This document shows positions 1 through 10,141 of a stretch of 44,573 bases of DNA, piece after piece. How positions within the stretch are numbered: position 1 is the first letter of the stretch; each line of letters begins with the position of its first letter. The notes beneath the pieces were generated by a model. It saw nothing but the letters and a program-made list of their open reading frames with translations. It was not told the DNA's origin and made no database searches. The position numbers and the translations under genes were made by a program. The DNA is from Promethearchaeota archaeon. GTDB taxonomy: Archaea > Asgardarchaeota > Lokiarchaeia > Sigyniarchaeales > SOKP01. The stretch spans positions 1 to 44,573 of the forward strand of contig SDNY01000015.1 of the NCBI GenBank assembly GCA_004524535.1, given 5' to 3'.

Positions 1-210
1 GCTACGGAAGCAAGAACCTATCTTGAAGAACATTATAAAGAAGATATAAGTGATGAGGAATTAAAATTATTACCCCTAAGGACATTAAAGGAGTTAATGG
101 GCGATAACTTAAATAAGGATAATTGTGATGTAGCCTTTATTTTAAAAGAGGATGTAAAATTTAGATTGTTAAGTATAGATGAGAAACAAGAATTATTAGA
201 AAAATTATAG
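1..210 (+). CDS. psmA: Proteasome alpha subunit, C-terminal fragment (runs off window)
   Basis: Frame 1 reads ATEARTYLEEHYKEDISDEELKLLPLRTLKE...NCDVAFI...FRLLSIDEKQELLEKL*, typical of the alpha-subunit C-terminus; canonical position upstream of SBDS. Confidence 0.85.
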   Translation, partial: ATEARTYLEEHYKEDISDEELKLLPLRTLKELMGDNLNKDNCDVAFILKEDVKFRLLSIDEKQELLEKL

Positions 211-346
211 AAGAAAGTACAAAAGAAATTATAAATATTTAAATCACGGTTATTACCTTATTTTTTTTATCTTTCAATACCGTATTGAAATCAAAAAGAT
301 GGGATTGAGTGGGAATAACCAATTTAAAATTTTGTGAAATTATATA

Positions 347-1138
347 ATGATCGATCGGGCAAGAATAAATCTCGGTAATTACATCATTGGTCGCTTAGAA
401 AAAGGGGGCAGAACTTTCGAGATGTTAATAGATCCGGAGCAAGCATGGGAAGCTAAAAAAATTATTCGTGAAGAAATCAATAAAAGGCTAAAATCGGGTA
501 ATAAAAAATCTCGTTTAACTGTAGATGAAGTATTAAATTCTCCACAAATTAATTTAGAATTAATTTTTGAAAGCTTTATCGTATTTGAAGATTTAAAACG
601 AGGAAAAAAAGCCACAGATGGTGATATGGAAGCGATATTTGACACTACGGACGGAAAAAGAATTAGTGGACACATTTTATTAGACGGAGAAATTCAATGG
701 ACTAAATCCCAAAGAGAAGAAGAAAGAAATAAGAAACTAAAGCAAATAATAACTATTATAAGTAAAAACGCAATAAATCCTCAAAATAAAAAACCACATC
801 CTTATCAAAGGATTGAAAAAGCCATTGAAGAGGCAAAAGTAAATATCGATGTTATGAAAAGCGCTGAAGAACAAGTAGACGATATAATTAAAAAGATTCA
901 GGCAATTATCCCAATTCGGATGGAACAAGTTGAATTAGCAATTAAAATACCTTCTTCTTTTACAGCTAAAGGCTATGGTATTGTTGCTCACCTAGCGCAA
1001 ATTAAAAAAGAAGAATGGCAGTCTGATGGTTCTTGGGTTTCAGTCGTTAGTTTACCGGCCGGTTTTCAAATGGAATTAATTGAGAAGTTGAATCATTTAA
1101 CCCATGGAAGAGTTCAAACTAAACTATTAAAATCTTAA
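347..1138 (+). CDS. sdo1: Ribosome maturation factor SBDS/Sdo1
   Basis: RLEKGGRTFE, INPQNKKPHPYQRIEKAIEEA, IPIR, EEWQSDGSW motifs; superoperon context. Confidence 0.95.
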   Translation: MIDRARINLGNYIIGRLEKGGRTFEMLIDPEQAWEAKKIIREEINKRLKSGNKKSRLTVDEVLNSPQINLELIFESFIVFEDLKRGKKATDGDMEAIFDTTDGKRISGHILLDGEIQWTKSQREEERNKKLKQIITIISKNAINPQNKKPHPYQRIEKAIEEAKVNIDVMKSAEEQVDDIIKKIQAIIPIRMEQVELAIKIPSSFTAKGYGIVAHLAQIKKEEWQSDGSWVSVVSLPAGFQMELIEKLNHLTHGRVQTKLLKS

Positions 1139-1233
1139 AATCCTAAACAGATATTTTTAATTTTCTTCTATTACATTATTTTTTTTAGGTTAGAATAGAG
1201 TGGATTTAATATAGAGAATAAGAGGTGATATAA

Positions 1234-2007
1234 ATGGAAGAGGAAGAACAAATAACCCAAGAAGATGACGAATTTGAGGATGAAGAAACATCTCGTGAAC
1301 TTGTTGTACCTGGTGAAGTTTTAACCGAAGAGGTCCAAGATTTTATACCCGGAAGAGGTACAATTTTCAATAAAGACAAAACAAAAATTATTTCGTTGCA
1401 TATAGGTTTAAAAAACATTAATAAAAATTATATTAATGTTATCCCGCTAAGAGGGATTTATACTCCTCAACCAGGAGATAAAATTATTGCTATCGTAGTC
1501 GATAAAAATCCTGTAAAATACAAATGTGATATAAACGCAAAAGATTTTGCTCAACTTAAGCCAAGAAATACGGTTAAAAGAATGAAGTCGCGAATGGGAA
1601 AACGAAATTATGAACAAGATGATTTGAGCACTGAAAAATTTGATATTGGAGATATTTTAATTGTAAAAGTTCTTTCAGCAGATCGCCTGAACAAGCCCGA
1701 ATTAACTACAATTGGAAAATATCTTGGAAAAAAAAATGGAGGTATTGTGATTTCAATAGATCCTCCCAAAATACCAAGATTAATAGGGAGAAATGGGAGC
1801 ATGATTAAGATGTTAAAGAACCTGACTAAATGCAATATTTTCGTAACTCAAAATGGGCGTGTTTGGATAAAAGGTGATAATATCGCATATGAGCGACTTC
1901 TTATTGAAGCAATATATAAAATTGAGAGGGAAGCACATACAACGGGATTGACTGATAGAATGCAATTATTTATAGAAAATGAAAAAAAAAATAGAGGTAT
2001 TGAATAA
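1234..2007 (+). CDS. rrp4: Exosome RNA-binding subunit Rrp4
   Basis: VVPGE, YTPQPGD (S1 domain), KIPRLIGRNGSM and QNGRVWI (KH domain), EAHTTGLTDR. Confidence 0.95.
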   Translation: MEEEEQITQEDDEFEDEETSRELVVPGEVLTEEVQDFIPGRGTIFNKDKTKIISLHIGLKNINKNYINVIPLRGIYTPQPGDKIIAIVVDKNPVKYKCDINAKDFAQLKPRNTVKRMKSRMGKRNYEQDDLSTEKFDIGDILIVKVLSADRLNKPELTTIGKYLGKKNGGIVISIDPPKIPRLIGRNGSMIKMLKNLTKCNIFVTQNGRVWIKGDNIAYERLLIEAIYKIEREAHTTGLTDRMQLFIENEKKNRGIE

Positions 2008-2009
2008 TT

Positions 2010-2780
2010 ATGGTGTTATTGATTAAAGATGAATATCCCGAGAAGCTATTTCAAGAAAATGGCAAGCGGCTTGATGGAAGGGATAAAAAAGAGTTAAGAC
2101 CTATTAAAATGGAAGTTGATGTATTAAAGAATGCGGATGGTAGCGCATATATCGAATGGGGTAATAATAAAATATTTGCCGCTGTTTTTGGCCCAAGAGA
2201 AGTGCATCCTCATCATTTATCAAAACCTGATAAAGGGATCTTGCGTGTTTTCTACAGAATGGCAACTTATTCTGTTTTTGATAGAAAGAGACCTGCTCCT
2301 GGTCGCCGAGAAAAGGAAATTTCAATGATTATTGCAGATTGTTTGGAACCTGTTTTATTTCTCGAACTCTATCCGGGAACTGCGTTTGAAATATTTATTC
2401 AAGTAATAGACGCTGATGGTGGAACAAGATGCGCAAGTACGACTGTTGCTTCCTTAGCGTTAGCTGATGCGGGTATACCAATGAAAAGTCTGGTAACTGC
2501 CCTTGCTGTTGGAAAAATTGATGGTGAATTAGTTGTTGATCTCTCGGGAATAGAAGATAAAGCAGGAGAAGCAGATCTTCCCATTGCAATTACATGGTTT
2601 AATGATGAGATTTCATTATTACAATTTGATGGAGAAATGGATTTATCAGAATTAGATACAGTATTAAAAGATGCTAAAGAAGCCGCAAAGAAAATATATG
2701 AGATTCAAGTAAATACTTTGAAGAATAAATATATTTCAATTCAGAATAATATTGAAAAAGAAAAAGGAGGGGAAGATTGA
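2010..2780 (+). CDS. rrp41: Exosome catalytic subunit Rrp41
   Basis: RLDGR..ELRP, ADGSAYIEWG, DADGGTRCAS, EDKAGEADLP RNase PH motifs. Confidence 0.97.
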   Translation: MVLLIKDEYPEKLFQENGKRLDGRDKKELRPIKMEVDVLKNADGSAYIEWGNNKIFAAVFGPREVHPHHLSKPDKGILRVFYRMATYSVFDRKRPAPGRREKEISMIIADCLEPVLFLELYPGTAFEIFIQVIDADGGTRCASTTVASLALADAGIPMKSLVTALAVGKIDGELVVDLSGIEDKAGEADLPIAITWFNDEISLLQFDGEMDLSELDTVLKDAKEAAKKIYEIQVNTLKNKYISIQNNIEKEKGGED

Positions 2781-3610
2781 AGATGATGGATGTAAAACGG
2801 GTAATATCTACAATTGAACGCAAATATATAAAGAATAATTTAAAAAAGGAAGAACGACTTGATGGTCGAGGGCTATGGGATTATCGTGAATTCAAAATTA
2901 CCCCCAATTTTGTTGCAGCAGCAGAAGGGTCAGCTGATGTCTCATTAGGTGAAACTAGAATTATAACTGGATTAAAATACGATATAGGGACGCCTTTTCC
3001 TGATTTACCTGATGAAGGTGTTTGTACAATTATGGCAGAGTTAATACCCTTGGCATCTCCTTTATTTGAGAGAGGGCCTCCAGATGAACAATCAATTGAA
3101 TTAGCTCGTGTGGTAGATCGGGGAATTCGACATGCAGATTGTGTTCAGACAAAAAAACTGTGCATAGAAGCAGAAAAAGCAGTTTACATTTTATTTGTTG
3201 ATATGTATGTAATAAATTATGAAGGAAATTTAATCGATTGTGGAGGCGTAAGCGCTTTAACTACGTTAATTTCAGCCCAACTTCCTGAAGGAAAATGGAA
3301 TGGCGAAGATGTTGAATGGACAGGTGGATATTTTACTGGAAAAGATATAGTTAATGAATTACCTTTGGTAATTACTTATGGAAAAATTGATGATATCATT
3401 TTTCTTGATCCAGATTTGCCAGAAGAATTAGTTTGTGATGGTCGGATATCCATATCCTCTACTGAAGAAAAAATAACCAGTATACAAAAAAGTGGAGTAG
3501 CAACGTTCTCTTTTGATGAAATCAAAATGTTATGTAGTAAATCACTGGAAATAGGCAAAAAATTAAGAAAGGATTTAAATCTTTGGCAATACAAAGCTAA
3601 TATTGAATAA
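2777..3610 (+). CDS. rrp42: Exosome subunit Rrp42
   Basis: RLDGRGLWDYR, AEGSADVSLGET, PFPDLPDEG, ELARVVDRGIR; start may be the ATG at 2783 or 2786. Confidence 0.96.
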   Translation: MKMMDVKRVISTIERKYIKNNLKKEERLDGRGLWDYREFKITPNFVAAAEGSADVSLGETRIITGLKYDIGTPFPDLPDEGVCTIMAELIPLASPLFERGPPDEQSIELARVVDRGIRHADCVQTKKLCIEAEKAVYILFVDMYVINYEGNLIDCGGVSALTTLISAQLPEGKWNGEDVEWTGGYFTGKDIVNELPLVITYGKIDDIIFLDPDLPEELVCDGRISISSTEEKITSIQKSGVATFSFDEIKMLCSKSLEIGKKLRKDLNLWQYKANIE

Positions 3611-3722
3611 TTTTTTTTTTATTTTATTTATTTTTTAATATTTCTAATATTTTCCTCAAAATTTTTATTTTATTGTGATTTTAATAGATTATTAACAGTC
3701 TTAATTTAAACTTGATGCATAA

Positions 3723-4010
3723 ATGGGGAAAACTAAAAAAGTTGGGATCAGTGGAAAATTTCAAGCCCGTTATGGTTCGGTGGTCAGGAAGAGATATCGC
3801 CAAATCATGGAAAAAATGAAAGATAAAATTAAATGCCCTCGATGTCAAACAAAAGGTTCTGTCCATAGAATTTCTACGGGTATCTGGCATTGTAAAAAAT
3901 GCGACGCCACATTTACCGGAGGTGCGTATTACATAGAAACTCCTCGAGGAGTAGAGTCATACAGGATTGCAAAGAGAAAACAAAGAGAATTAGAAGTTAT
4001 TGAAGAATAA
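3723..4010 (+). CDS. rpl37ae: 50S ribosomal protein L37Ae (eL43)
   Basis: KKVGISGKFQARYG, CPRC...GIWHCKKC zinc finger, FTGGAY. Confidence 0.97.
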   Translation: MGKTKKVGISGKFQARYGSVVRKRYRQIMEKMKDKIKCPRCQTKGSVHRISTGIWHCKKCDATFTGGAYYIETPRGVESYRIAKRKQRELEVIEE

Positions 4011-4279
4011 TGAATCAACTCAACCAATTTACCATAAAAGCAACTGTTGAACTAAATTTTGCAAATTCTAAAACTCGGGACATTTCTTATAACTCATTTT
4101 TACCCGAATTAGAAAAATTAAATACTAAACGATCTAAAATAAAGATTGAAAAAAAAGAGAATCTCTTAATTTTTCATATAGAAAGCAGTGATATCACTGC
4201 ATTTCGAGCCTCAATAAGCGATATCATAGGTTTTGGTAGAATCGTAGAAAATACATTAACACTCACACTTTGCGAGTAA
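4010..4279 (+). CDS. pcc1: KEOPS complex subunit Pcc1
   Basis: 89 aa, SFLPE...RSKI...IESSDITAFRASI pattern; conserved position before prefoldin beta. Confidence 0.85.
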   Translation: MNQLNQFTIKATVELNFANSKTRDISYNSFLPELEKLNTKRSKIKIEKKENLLIFHIESSDITAFRASISDIIGFGRIVENTLTLTLCE

Positions 4280-4347
4280 CTTTAAAGTAAAGAATATATA
4301 ACTTATCGTGTTAAATTTATTATAAAAAATATAAATATTGAAAAATT

Positions 4348-4710
4348 ATGAGCATAAATCTTGATGACCTTGACGAAGAAGTTAAGAAAAAAGTCATGAA
4401 TTTACAAAATTTATCGACGACAATGGAATTTTTAACAAATCAAAAAATACAGCTCGAGAGTGCTTCTAGAGAGGCAGAAGTAGCTATAGAAGAACTCGAA
4501 AAAATCAATCCTGACGAGGTCGTTTACAAATCAATAGGCGGGATTTTAGTAAAAAGTGAAAAAAATAGGCTTCTTGAAGAAAAAAAGTCGCTAAAGACAA
4601 CCCTGGAAATGAGGCTCAAAACTATAGAGTCTAAAGTCCAGAGGACTAAAGGGCAAATCGAATCGCTTCGTAAATCTATTCAATCAGATTTGCAAAATAA
4701 GGCCGCTTAA
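4348..4710 (+). CDS. pfdB: Prefoldin beta subunit
   Basis: Coiled coils flanking AIEELEK..DEVVYKSIGGILVK hairpin. Confidence 0.95.
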   Translation: MSINLDDLDEEVKKKVMNLQNLSTTMEFLTNQKIQLESASREAEVAIEELEKINPDEVVYKSIGGILVKSEKNRLLEEKKSLKTTLEMRLKTIESKVQRTKGQIESLRKSIQSDLQNKAA

Positions 4711-4714
4711 GTAT

Positions 4715-5716
4715 ATGTTAAATTCCAAATTTGAAGATTTAAAACTTTTTTTGAAAGGTAAAAAAATTTTAATAACAACTCACGATTTAGTAGACATTGA
4801 CGGATTAGCATCCTGCGTGGTTTTAAAATTCTTTCTCAATCGATTTATTGATTCTTCCGATATTCATTTATTTTTACCAGAAATCTCAAAATCTACAAAA
4901 GATTTTATTCAAAAATACACAGAAAAATTTCCTGATATTACAATCCCCTTAGAAATTGAGTTTAAAACTTTAAAAATTGACATATTTTTAATTTTAGATA
5001 CAAATAATCTAGACCAAGTGGCAATTCCAGATATTAATAGTTCGGAAATTCCAATTATCTTTATTGACCATCATTTAAATTTGAAAAAGAATAATAAAAG
5101 GAATATATCTTTGAAAATTATAGACGATCAATATAGTTCAACTGCAGAAATTATATATGAATTATGTGAATATTTTAATTTAGAATTAACGCTACCCTAC
5201 AAATATCTTCTCATTGCTGCAATTTTAACTGATTCTGGGTTTTTTAAGCATGGAAATAATGATACAATATTGCGAATTTCAAAATTATTAAGTAATCAAC
5301 TAGATTATCAAGAAATCCTATCAACATTAAAGAATGATAAAACAATTCCCGAAAAAATAGCAAAAATAAAAGCATTACAAAGAGTTAAGTTAATTCAGGA
5401 AGGGAATTGGTTAATAGGAATAACTAATGTTGGAAGTTTTGAGGCAAGCGTAGCTTCTTCATTAATTAAAATAGGTTTTGATGTAAGTGTTGCATATTCA
5501 GAGAAAAAATCGGGGTATAGAATCAGTACGAGAGCAAAAAAATATGTTTGTTTGAAAACTGGCTTACATTTAGGGAAAATTTTAAAAGAAGTCTCTGAAG
5601 AGTGCGGAGCAAGTGGTGGAGGACACGACGGTGCTGCCGCATTAAATGGTATATTGGATTTAGAAATAATTATAGAGAAAATCCTTGATAGAATAAAACA
5701 AGTTTTAAATAAATAA
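4715..5716 (+). CDS. DHH family phosphoesterase (NrnA-like)
   Basis: THDLVDIDG, ILDT, IDHH, LTDSG, GGGHDGAAA motifs. Confidence 0.92.
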   Translation: MLNSKFEDLKLFLKGKKILITTHDLVDIDGLASCVVLKFFLNRFIDSSDIHLFLPEISKSTKDFIQKYTEKFPDITIPLEIEFKTLKIDIFLILDTNNLDQVAIPDINSSEIPIIFIDHHLNLKKNNKRNISLKIIDDQYSSTAEIIYELCEYFNLELTLPYKYLLIAAILTDSGFFKHGNNDTILRISKLLSNQLDYQEILSTLKNDKTIPEKIAKIKALQRVKLIQEGNWLIGITNVGSFEASVASSLIKIGFDVSVAYSEKKSGYRISTRAKKYVCLKTGLHLGKILKEVSEECGASGGGHDGAAALNGILDLEIIIEKILDRIKQVLNK

Positions 5717-5756
5717 TAATTCTTATAAAACAAGGTTTTTAAGGTTTATAATTAAA

Positions 5757-6596
5757 ATGTGTTTAATAAAATATAATAATTTTTCATTTCGGTACAAAAA
5801 AAACGAGACTTATCAGTTAAATAATATTAATTTAAAGATTGAACAAAATAAATTCATTCTTCTAGCAGGAGCTACTGGTTCAGGTAAAACCACTTTAATT
5901 AGAAGTATGAATGGGCTAATTCCACAATTTTATGCCGGATTTTACAAAGGAAGTGTAGAAGTAAATGGAAAAGATACAGTTGAAACACCTATACCTGATT
6001 TATCTACGGAAGTAGGGATTGTGTTTCAAAATCCTGAGAACCAATTAATTTCAATGAATGTAGAACACGAAATTGCATTTGGAATGGAAAATCTAGGAGT
6101 GCCTCGTGGGGCAATGAAAAAAAAAATTAAAGAAGTTATCCAATTAACTGAAATTGAACATCTATTAGATAGAGCTCCTTTTGAATTAAGTGGTGGAGAA
6201 CAACAACGAGTTGCTATTGCATCAATCTTAGTATTAGACCCCAAGGTTCTTATATTGGATGAGCCCTCTTCATTGCTAGATCCTATGATGGCTAAAAAAA
6301 TAATTAATTTATTAAAAAAAATTCAAACTGAGAAAGGAACTACGATAATAATTAGTGAACATCGCATGGATTTAGTTATACCTGTAGCTGATGAAATTAT
6401 CTTAATTTCGGAAGGTAAAATTCTTGAGCATGATACTAAAGATAATATAATCAATAAAGATACCTTTCAAAATCTAATTATAAATAAACCTGTTATATAT
6501 TCAATATTTAACCAATTGAAAAAAGAAAAACTCTATAATGGAAAGATTCCGACTTCAATTCTCGCCACAATAAAATATCTTAAAAGTCTGAATTAA
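5757..6596 (+). CDS. ecfA1: ECF transporter ATPase (EcfA1/CbiO-like)
   Basis: GATGSGKT, VFQNPENQ, LSGGEQQR, LDEP, EHR. Confidence 0.92.
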   Translation: MCLIKYNNFSFRYKKNETYQLNNINLKIEQNKFILLAGATGSGKTTLIRSMNGLIPQFYAGFYKGSVEVNGKDTVETPIPDLSTEVGIVFQNPENQLISMNVEHEIAFGMENLGVPRGAMKKKIKEVIQLTEIEHLLDRAPFELSGGEQQRVAIASILVLDPKVLILDEPSSLLDPMMAKKIINLLKKIQTEKGTTIIISEHRMDLVIPVADEIILISEGKILEHDTKDNIINKDTFQNLIINKPVIYSIFNQLKKEKLYNGKIPTSILATIKYLKSLN

Positions 6597-6614
6597 ATAT
6601 AAACGATGGTCTAG

Positions 6615-7469
6615 ATGTCTGAAGAATTACCAATAATTTTAATAAAAGATGTGGATTACACTTACCCAAATAGAACTGTGGCTTTAAAACACATTAACCT
6701 GAATATTTACAAAGGAGAATTAGTTGGAATTATGGGAATGAATGGAGCTGGTAAAACTACACTAATTAGGACGTTAAATGGTCTTATTAGGCCATTAAAA
6801 GGCAATGTTTATATCGATGGCGAAAATATTAAGTCTAAAAATATAGGTACAGCATCTAAAAAAGTAGGAATAATTTTTCAAAATCCATACCATCAAGTAT
6901 TCTCTAATACTGTTGAAGAAGAAATAAAATTTTCCTTAAAAAGTCTTAATCTAAGTAAAGAAGAAATCCAAAATAGAACTAATGAGGTTTTGAACAGATT
7001 TAATTTAAAAAAATATAAGGAGAGATCACCTCTAAATCTATCAGGTGGAGAAACAAAAAAATTAGCACTAGCATCAATATTTTGTAGGGATCCGGAGATA
7101 CTAGTGTTTGATGAGCCTACTTTAGGTCAAGACGCTAAAGAAATCGACTTCTTTGTTAATTTAATTAATAAAGAAAAAGATAGAGGCAAAACTATTATAA
7201 TAGTCACCCATAATATAGAATTCGCAATAGAATATATCCCTCGGACAATATTAATGGTCGATGGACGTATTGTTGCAGATGGGATAACATCGGCGGTATT
7301 AACCAACGAATTTTTAGTCAATACATCCTCTTTAATATTGCCACAAATACTACAGCTTAATATAGCGTTAAATGAAATGGGAATTCAATGCCCAGAAGAC
7401 ATAAATTCTAAAAGTGAAATGATCCATTTTCTTACAAATTATTTAAAAAACAAATCCACAAAAGTCTAA
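6615..7469 (+). CDS. ecfA2: ECF transporter ATPase (EcfA2)
   Basis: GMNGAGKT, IFQNPYHQ, LSGGE, FDEPTLGQD. Confidence 0.92.
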   Translation: MSEELPIILIKDVDYTYPNRTVALKHINLNIYKGELVGIMGMNGAGKTTLIRTLNGLIRPLKGNVYIDGENIKSKNIGTASKKVGIIFQNPYHQVFSNTVEEEIKFSLKSLNLSKEEIQNRTNEVLNRFNLKKYKERSPLNLSGGETKKLALASIFCRDPEILVFDEPTLGQDAKEIDFFVNLINKEKDRGKTIIIVTHNIEFAIEYIPRTILMVDGRIVADGITSAVLTNEFLVNTSSLILPQILQLNIALNEMGIQCPEDINSKSEMIHFLTNYLKNKSTKV

Positions 7470-7484
7470 GGTGAAAATAGCAAA

Positions 7485-8252
7485 ATGTCCTTAGAATTTC
7501 TCCAAGCGTTCAAATTTCAAAAAAAAAATACATTAGTCCATAATTTCGATCCGAGAGCAAAATTATTATGTGCTATTGTGTATTCTATTAGTGGTTTGCT
7601 ATTTGTAGACATCGTACCATTGTTTTTAATATTTTTAAGTTTGATTCCTTTAATCTTTCTAGGCAGAATGGTAAAAGAGTGGATTAAAAGCATTCGTGGG
7701 CTCTCATTTATGATCCTTTTAATCATTGTTCTAAATACTTACTTCTTATCATTGTCTTACGCTATAGCAATGATACTTAGAATATGTATTATGATTACAG
7801 CTTTCTCAATATTTTTTTTAACGACCCATCCTAATGATTTAGCACTTTCTTTAATATCTATGAAAGTACCATATCCATACGCTTTTTCTTTCTCTTTAGC
7901 TTTTAGATTTGTCCCTACCATTGCAATAGAAGCGCAAAATATTATAGATGCTCAACAAAGTAGAGGTTATGAAATGCAACAAAAAGGTCTAATAAATCAA
8001 ATAAAAAACCTTTTCCCTTTATTGGTTCCACTAATAATTTGTTCAATAAAGAGAGCTTTTAATGTGGCCGAAGCTCTAGAATCAAGAGCGTTTGGAAGTA
8101 CTAAAGATCGCTCATATTATTACACGATAAAATATTCAATAAAAGATTGGTTATTTACGATTTATTTATTAATACTTCTAATATTTGTAATATTCATTCG
8201 AATTCAATTTGGAGTAATGCCAGAATGGTTGCATTTTGCCTTACCAGTTTAG
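7485..8252 (+). CDS. ecfT: ECF transporter transmembrane T component
   Basis: DPRAKL, RFVP, AQQSRG and ALESRAF conserved Arg motifs. Confidence 0.93.
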   Translation: MSLEFLQAFKFQKKNTLVHNFDPRAKLLCAIVYSISGLLFVDIVPLFLIFLSLIPLIFLGRMVKEWIKSIRGLSFMILLIIVLNTYFLSLSYAIAMILRICIMITAFSIFFLTTHPNDLALSLISMKVPYPYAFSFSLAFRFVPTIAIEAQNIIDAQQSRGYEMQQKGLINQIKNLFPLLVPLIICSIKRAFNVAEALESRAFGSTKDRSYYYTIKYSIKDWLFTIYLLILLIFVIFIRIQFGVMPEWLHFALPV

Positions 8253-8271
8253 ATTTTAAAATTGAGATATT

Positions 8272-8916
8272 ATGATTGTAAAAAATTTCTATATTAGTGA
8301 TTTGGACTTAAAATACTTAGTAGGAATTAATCAAATAAGGATCTTCGATATTACATTAGATTTTATACTTAACTTAACTGAAAAAATTCAAAATGAGCAT
8401 AAAAATTCAATACTACAATTTTTTTCCGATAAGTATATTTTAAACCAGGACCATATTTTTACAGCATGCTATTACACACAAAAGGCTTTTGCTGATAAAA
8501 CTAATATTTCAAAAAGAAAAAATATTGAATTATTATTGTATTTAGCAACTAAAAGGCAAATTAAAAATGCACTTGAAGCATTTGGAATTAATTTAAAGTT
8601 AGATAAGATAATCAGTTATGTCATCATTTCAAACGAGAACAATTTAAATAAAATTAACGAGGGAGTTTTAGAATCATTGGGGGCAAATGAGGTCGAGCTA
8701 ACAATAAATGACCAGAATCTTAAAAAACTTAATCAAATTAAGTCATATTTCGAAATTTCTGATAATCAAATTAATTCTGTGTTAAACTCTTACGGAGTAA
8801 AGGAATTTAATAACGAACTAATAGATAGTAATCTTAATAACTTATTTTTAGCGGTATACGATTTAATTTGTGAAAAAATGGCTTTCTTAAGCTTAGAAAA
8901 AATTAAAACAGATTAG
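8272..8916 (+). CDS. cgi121: KEOPS subunit Cgi121-like protein
   Basis: HIFTACYYTQKAF...NISKRKNIELLLYLATKRQIKNALEAFGI; C-terminal ICEKMAFL. Confidence 0.85.
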   Translation: MIVKNFYISDLDLKYLVGINQIRIFDITLDFILNLTEKIQNEHKNSILQFFSDKYILNQDHIFTACYYTQKAFADKTNISKRKNIELLLYLATKRQIKNALEAFGINLKLDKIISYVIISNENNLNKINEGVLESLGANEVELTINDQNLKKLNQIKSYFEISDNQINSVLNSYGVKEFNNELIDSNLNNLFLAVYDLICEKMAFLSLEKIKTD

Positions 8917-8957
8917 TTTGAAGAGATTTCATTTTTAATTTTAAATCTACATGTTTT

Positions 8958-9575
8958 TCAAATTTTTTTATAGATCATGTATGATGCATTAAGTAATGTC
9001 CATAAGATAATCGCAAAAACAGCCAGCCATTCTGCTATTGGAAGTTGTGTAAATAAGTATAAGGCAAAAAATGCACACACTACAAATCCACTATAAGCTA
9101 ATATTTTCAAAAATTTAGGATCTTTTAACATAAACAAACTGTAAACGAAAATAAATATTAATCCGCCTATAAATGCTGTAAAGGCAAAAATTAAATGTAA
9201 AACAAATATTGTATAACTCTCTTGACTTAGGGGAAAAACACCAACAAGTAACAACGAAAAGCTAGAAATAACTGAGATTGCGAATATTAATTTTATTGCT
9301 TTTTCATCAACAAATTCGCGACTAATTATTTTGCATAAATATATATCAAATATAACAGCAAATATACCAGAAAAGATCAATCCAATATTAAATAACAATC
9401 CCACAGGACCAGAAATAATACCTAAAGAACTTACAGAATTCGTATAAATGCTATAACCTGAGATGATAAGACCAATAATGTCAATAGAAATTCCTATAGA
9501 GATAGAAAGTAATCCAAATACTCCCCCCGGTACTATTTTGAAAAGATTATCGAAAAAATTATTTAATTTTTCCAT
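8958..9575 (-). CDS. Membrane protein, DUF998-like
   Basis: About 6 TM helices; YSIYTNSVSSLG, FNIGLIFSG, VGVFP, LH..FA, EW motifs. Confidence 0.7.
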   Translation of the reverse strand: MEKLNNFFDNLFKIVPGGVFGLLSISIGISIDIIGLIISGYSIYTNSVSSLGIISGPVGLLFNIGLIFSGIFAVIFDIYLCKIISREFVDEKAIKLIFAISVISSFSLLLVGVFPLSQESYTIFVLHLIFAFTAFIGGLIFIFVYSLFMLKDPKFLKILAYSGFVVCAFFALYLFTQLPIAEWLAVFAIILWTLLNASYMIYKKI

Positions 9576-9586
9576 AATTTCTAATT

Positions 9587-10117
9587 CTAATCCAAAGATG
9601 TTTTACATTTAAATTTTAAGATATCGTTAGGTTTTAGAAAAGTAATTCCGCAACTATTTCCTAAAATTTCTATATTTATTATTTTATTTGGATTCTCAAG
9701 GTCGACTTTATTATTAATATTTTCTGCGATAATTCTGATAAATTGAACTCTATCAATTAACTCATGTTTTCGACGTTTTAAAGTTATCCTAAAAGAATCA
9801 TTTTTATTTATATATTCTTTATAATGATTTTTTATAATTTCCTTTATAATATTTACATTAGTTTCACAAATATAATCAATAGGAACAATCTTTAAAATGT
9901 ATTGAAAAAAGTTTGGATCATTTTTCAAAATATTTTTTATTTTTTGAATTATCTCTTTCGCATTTAAACTTGTTAAAGCTGTGATTAATCCAGAAAATTC
10001 TAAATCTAAAATTATAGGATATTTATCTCCACAAATTAATAAAGTAAACCATAACTCTGCCTTAGCATTTGTTTCATTATATCTCGAAGATGACACTAAT
10101 AGATTAAAATTTTTCAC
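9587..10117 (-). CDS. Stand-alone THUMP-domain RNA-binding protein
   Basis: KIVPID, SFRITLKRR, KVDLENPNKIINIEILG. Confidence 0.88.
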   Translation of the reverse strand: MKNFNLLVSSSRYNETNAKAELWFTLLICGDKYPIILDLEFSGLITALTSLNAKEIIQKIKNILKNDPNFFQYILKIVPIDYICETNVNIIKEIIKNHYKEYINKNDSFRITLKRRKHELIDRVQFIRIIAENINNKVDLENPNKIINIEILGNSCGITFLKPNDILKFKCKTSLD

Positions 10118-10141
10118 TTAAATTCAACTCTATCTCTGATT

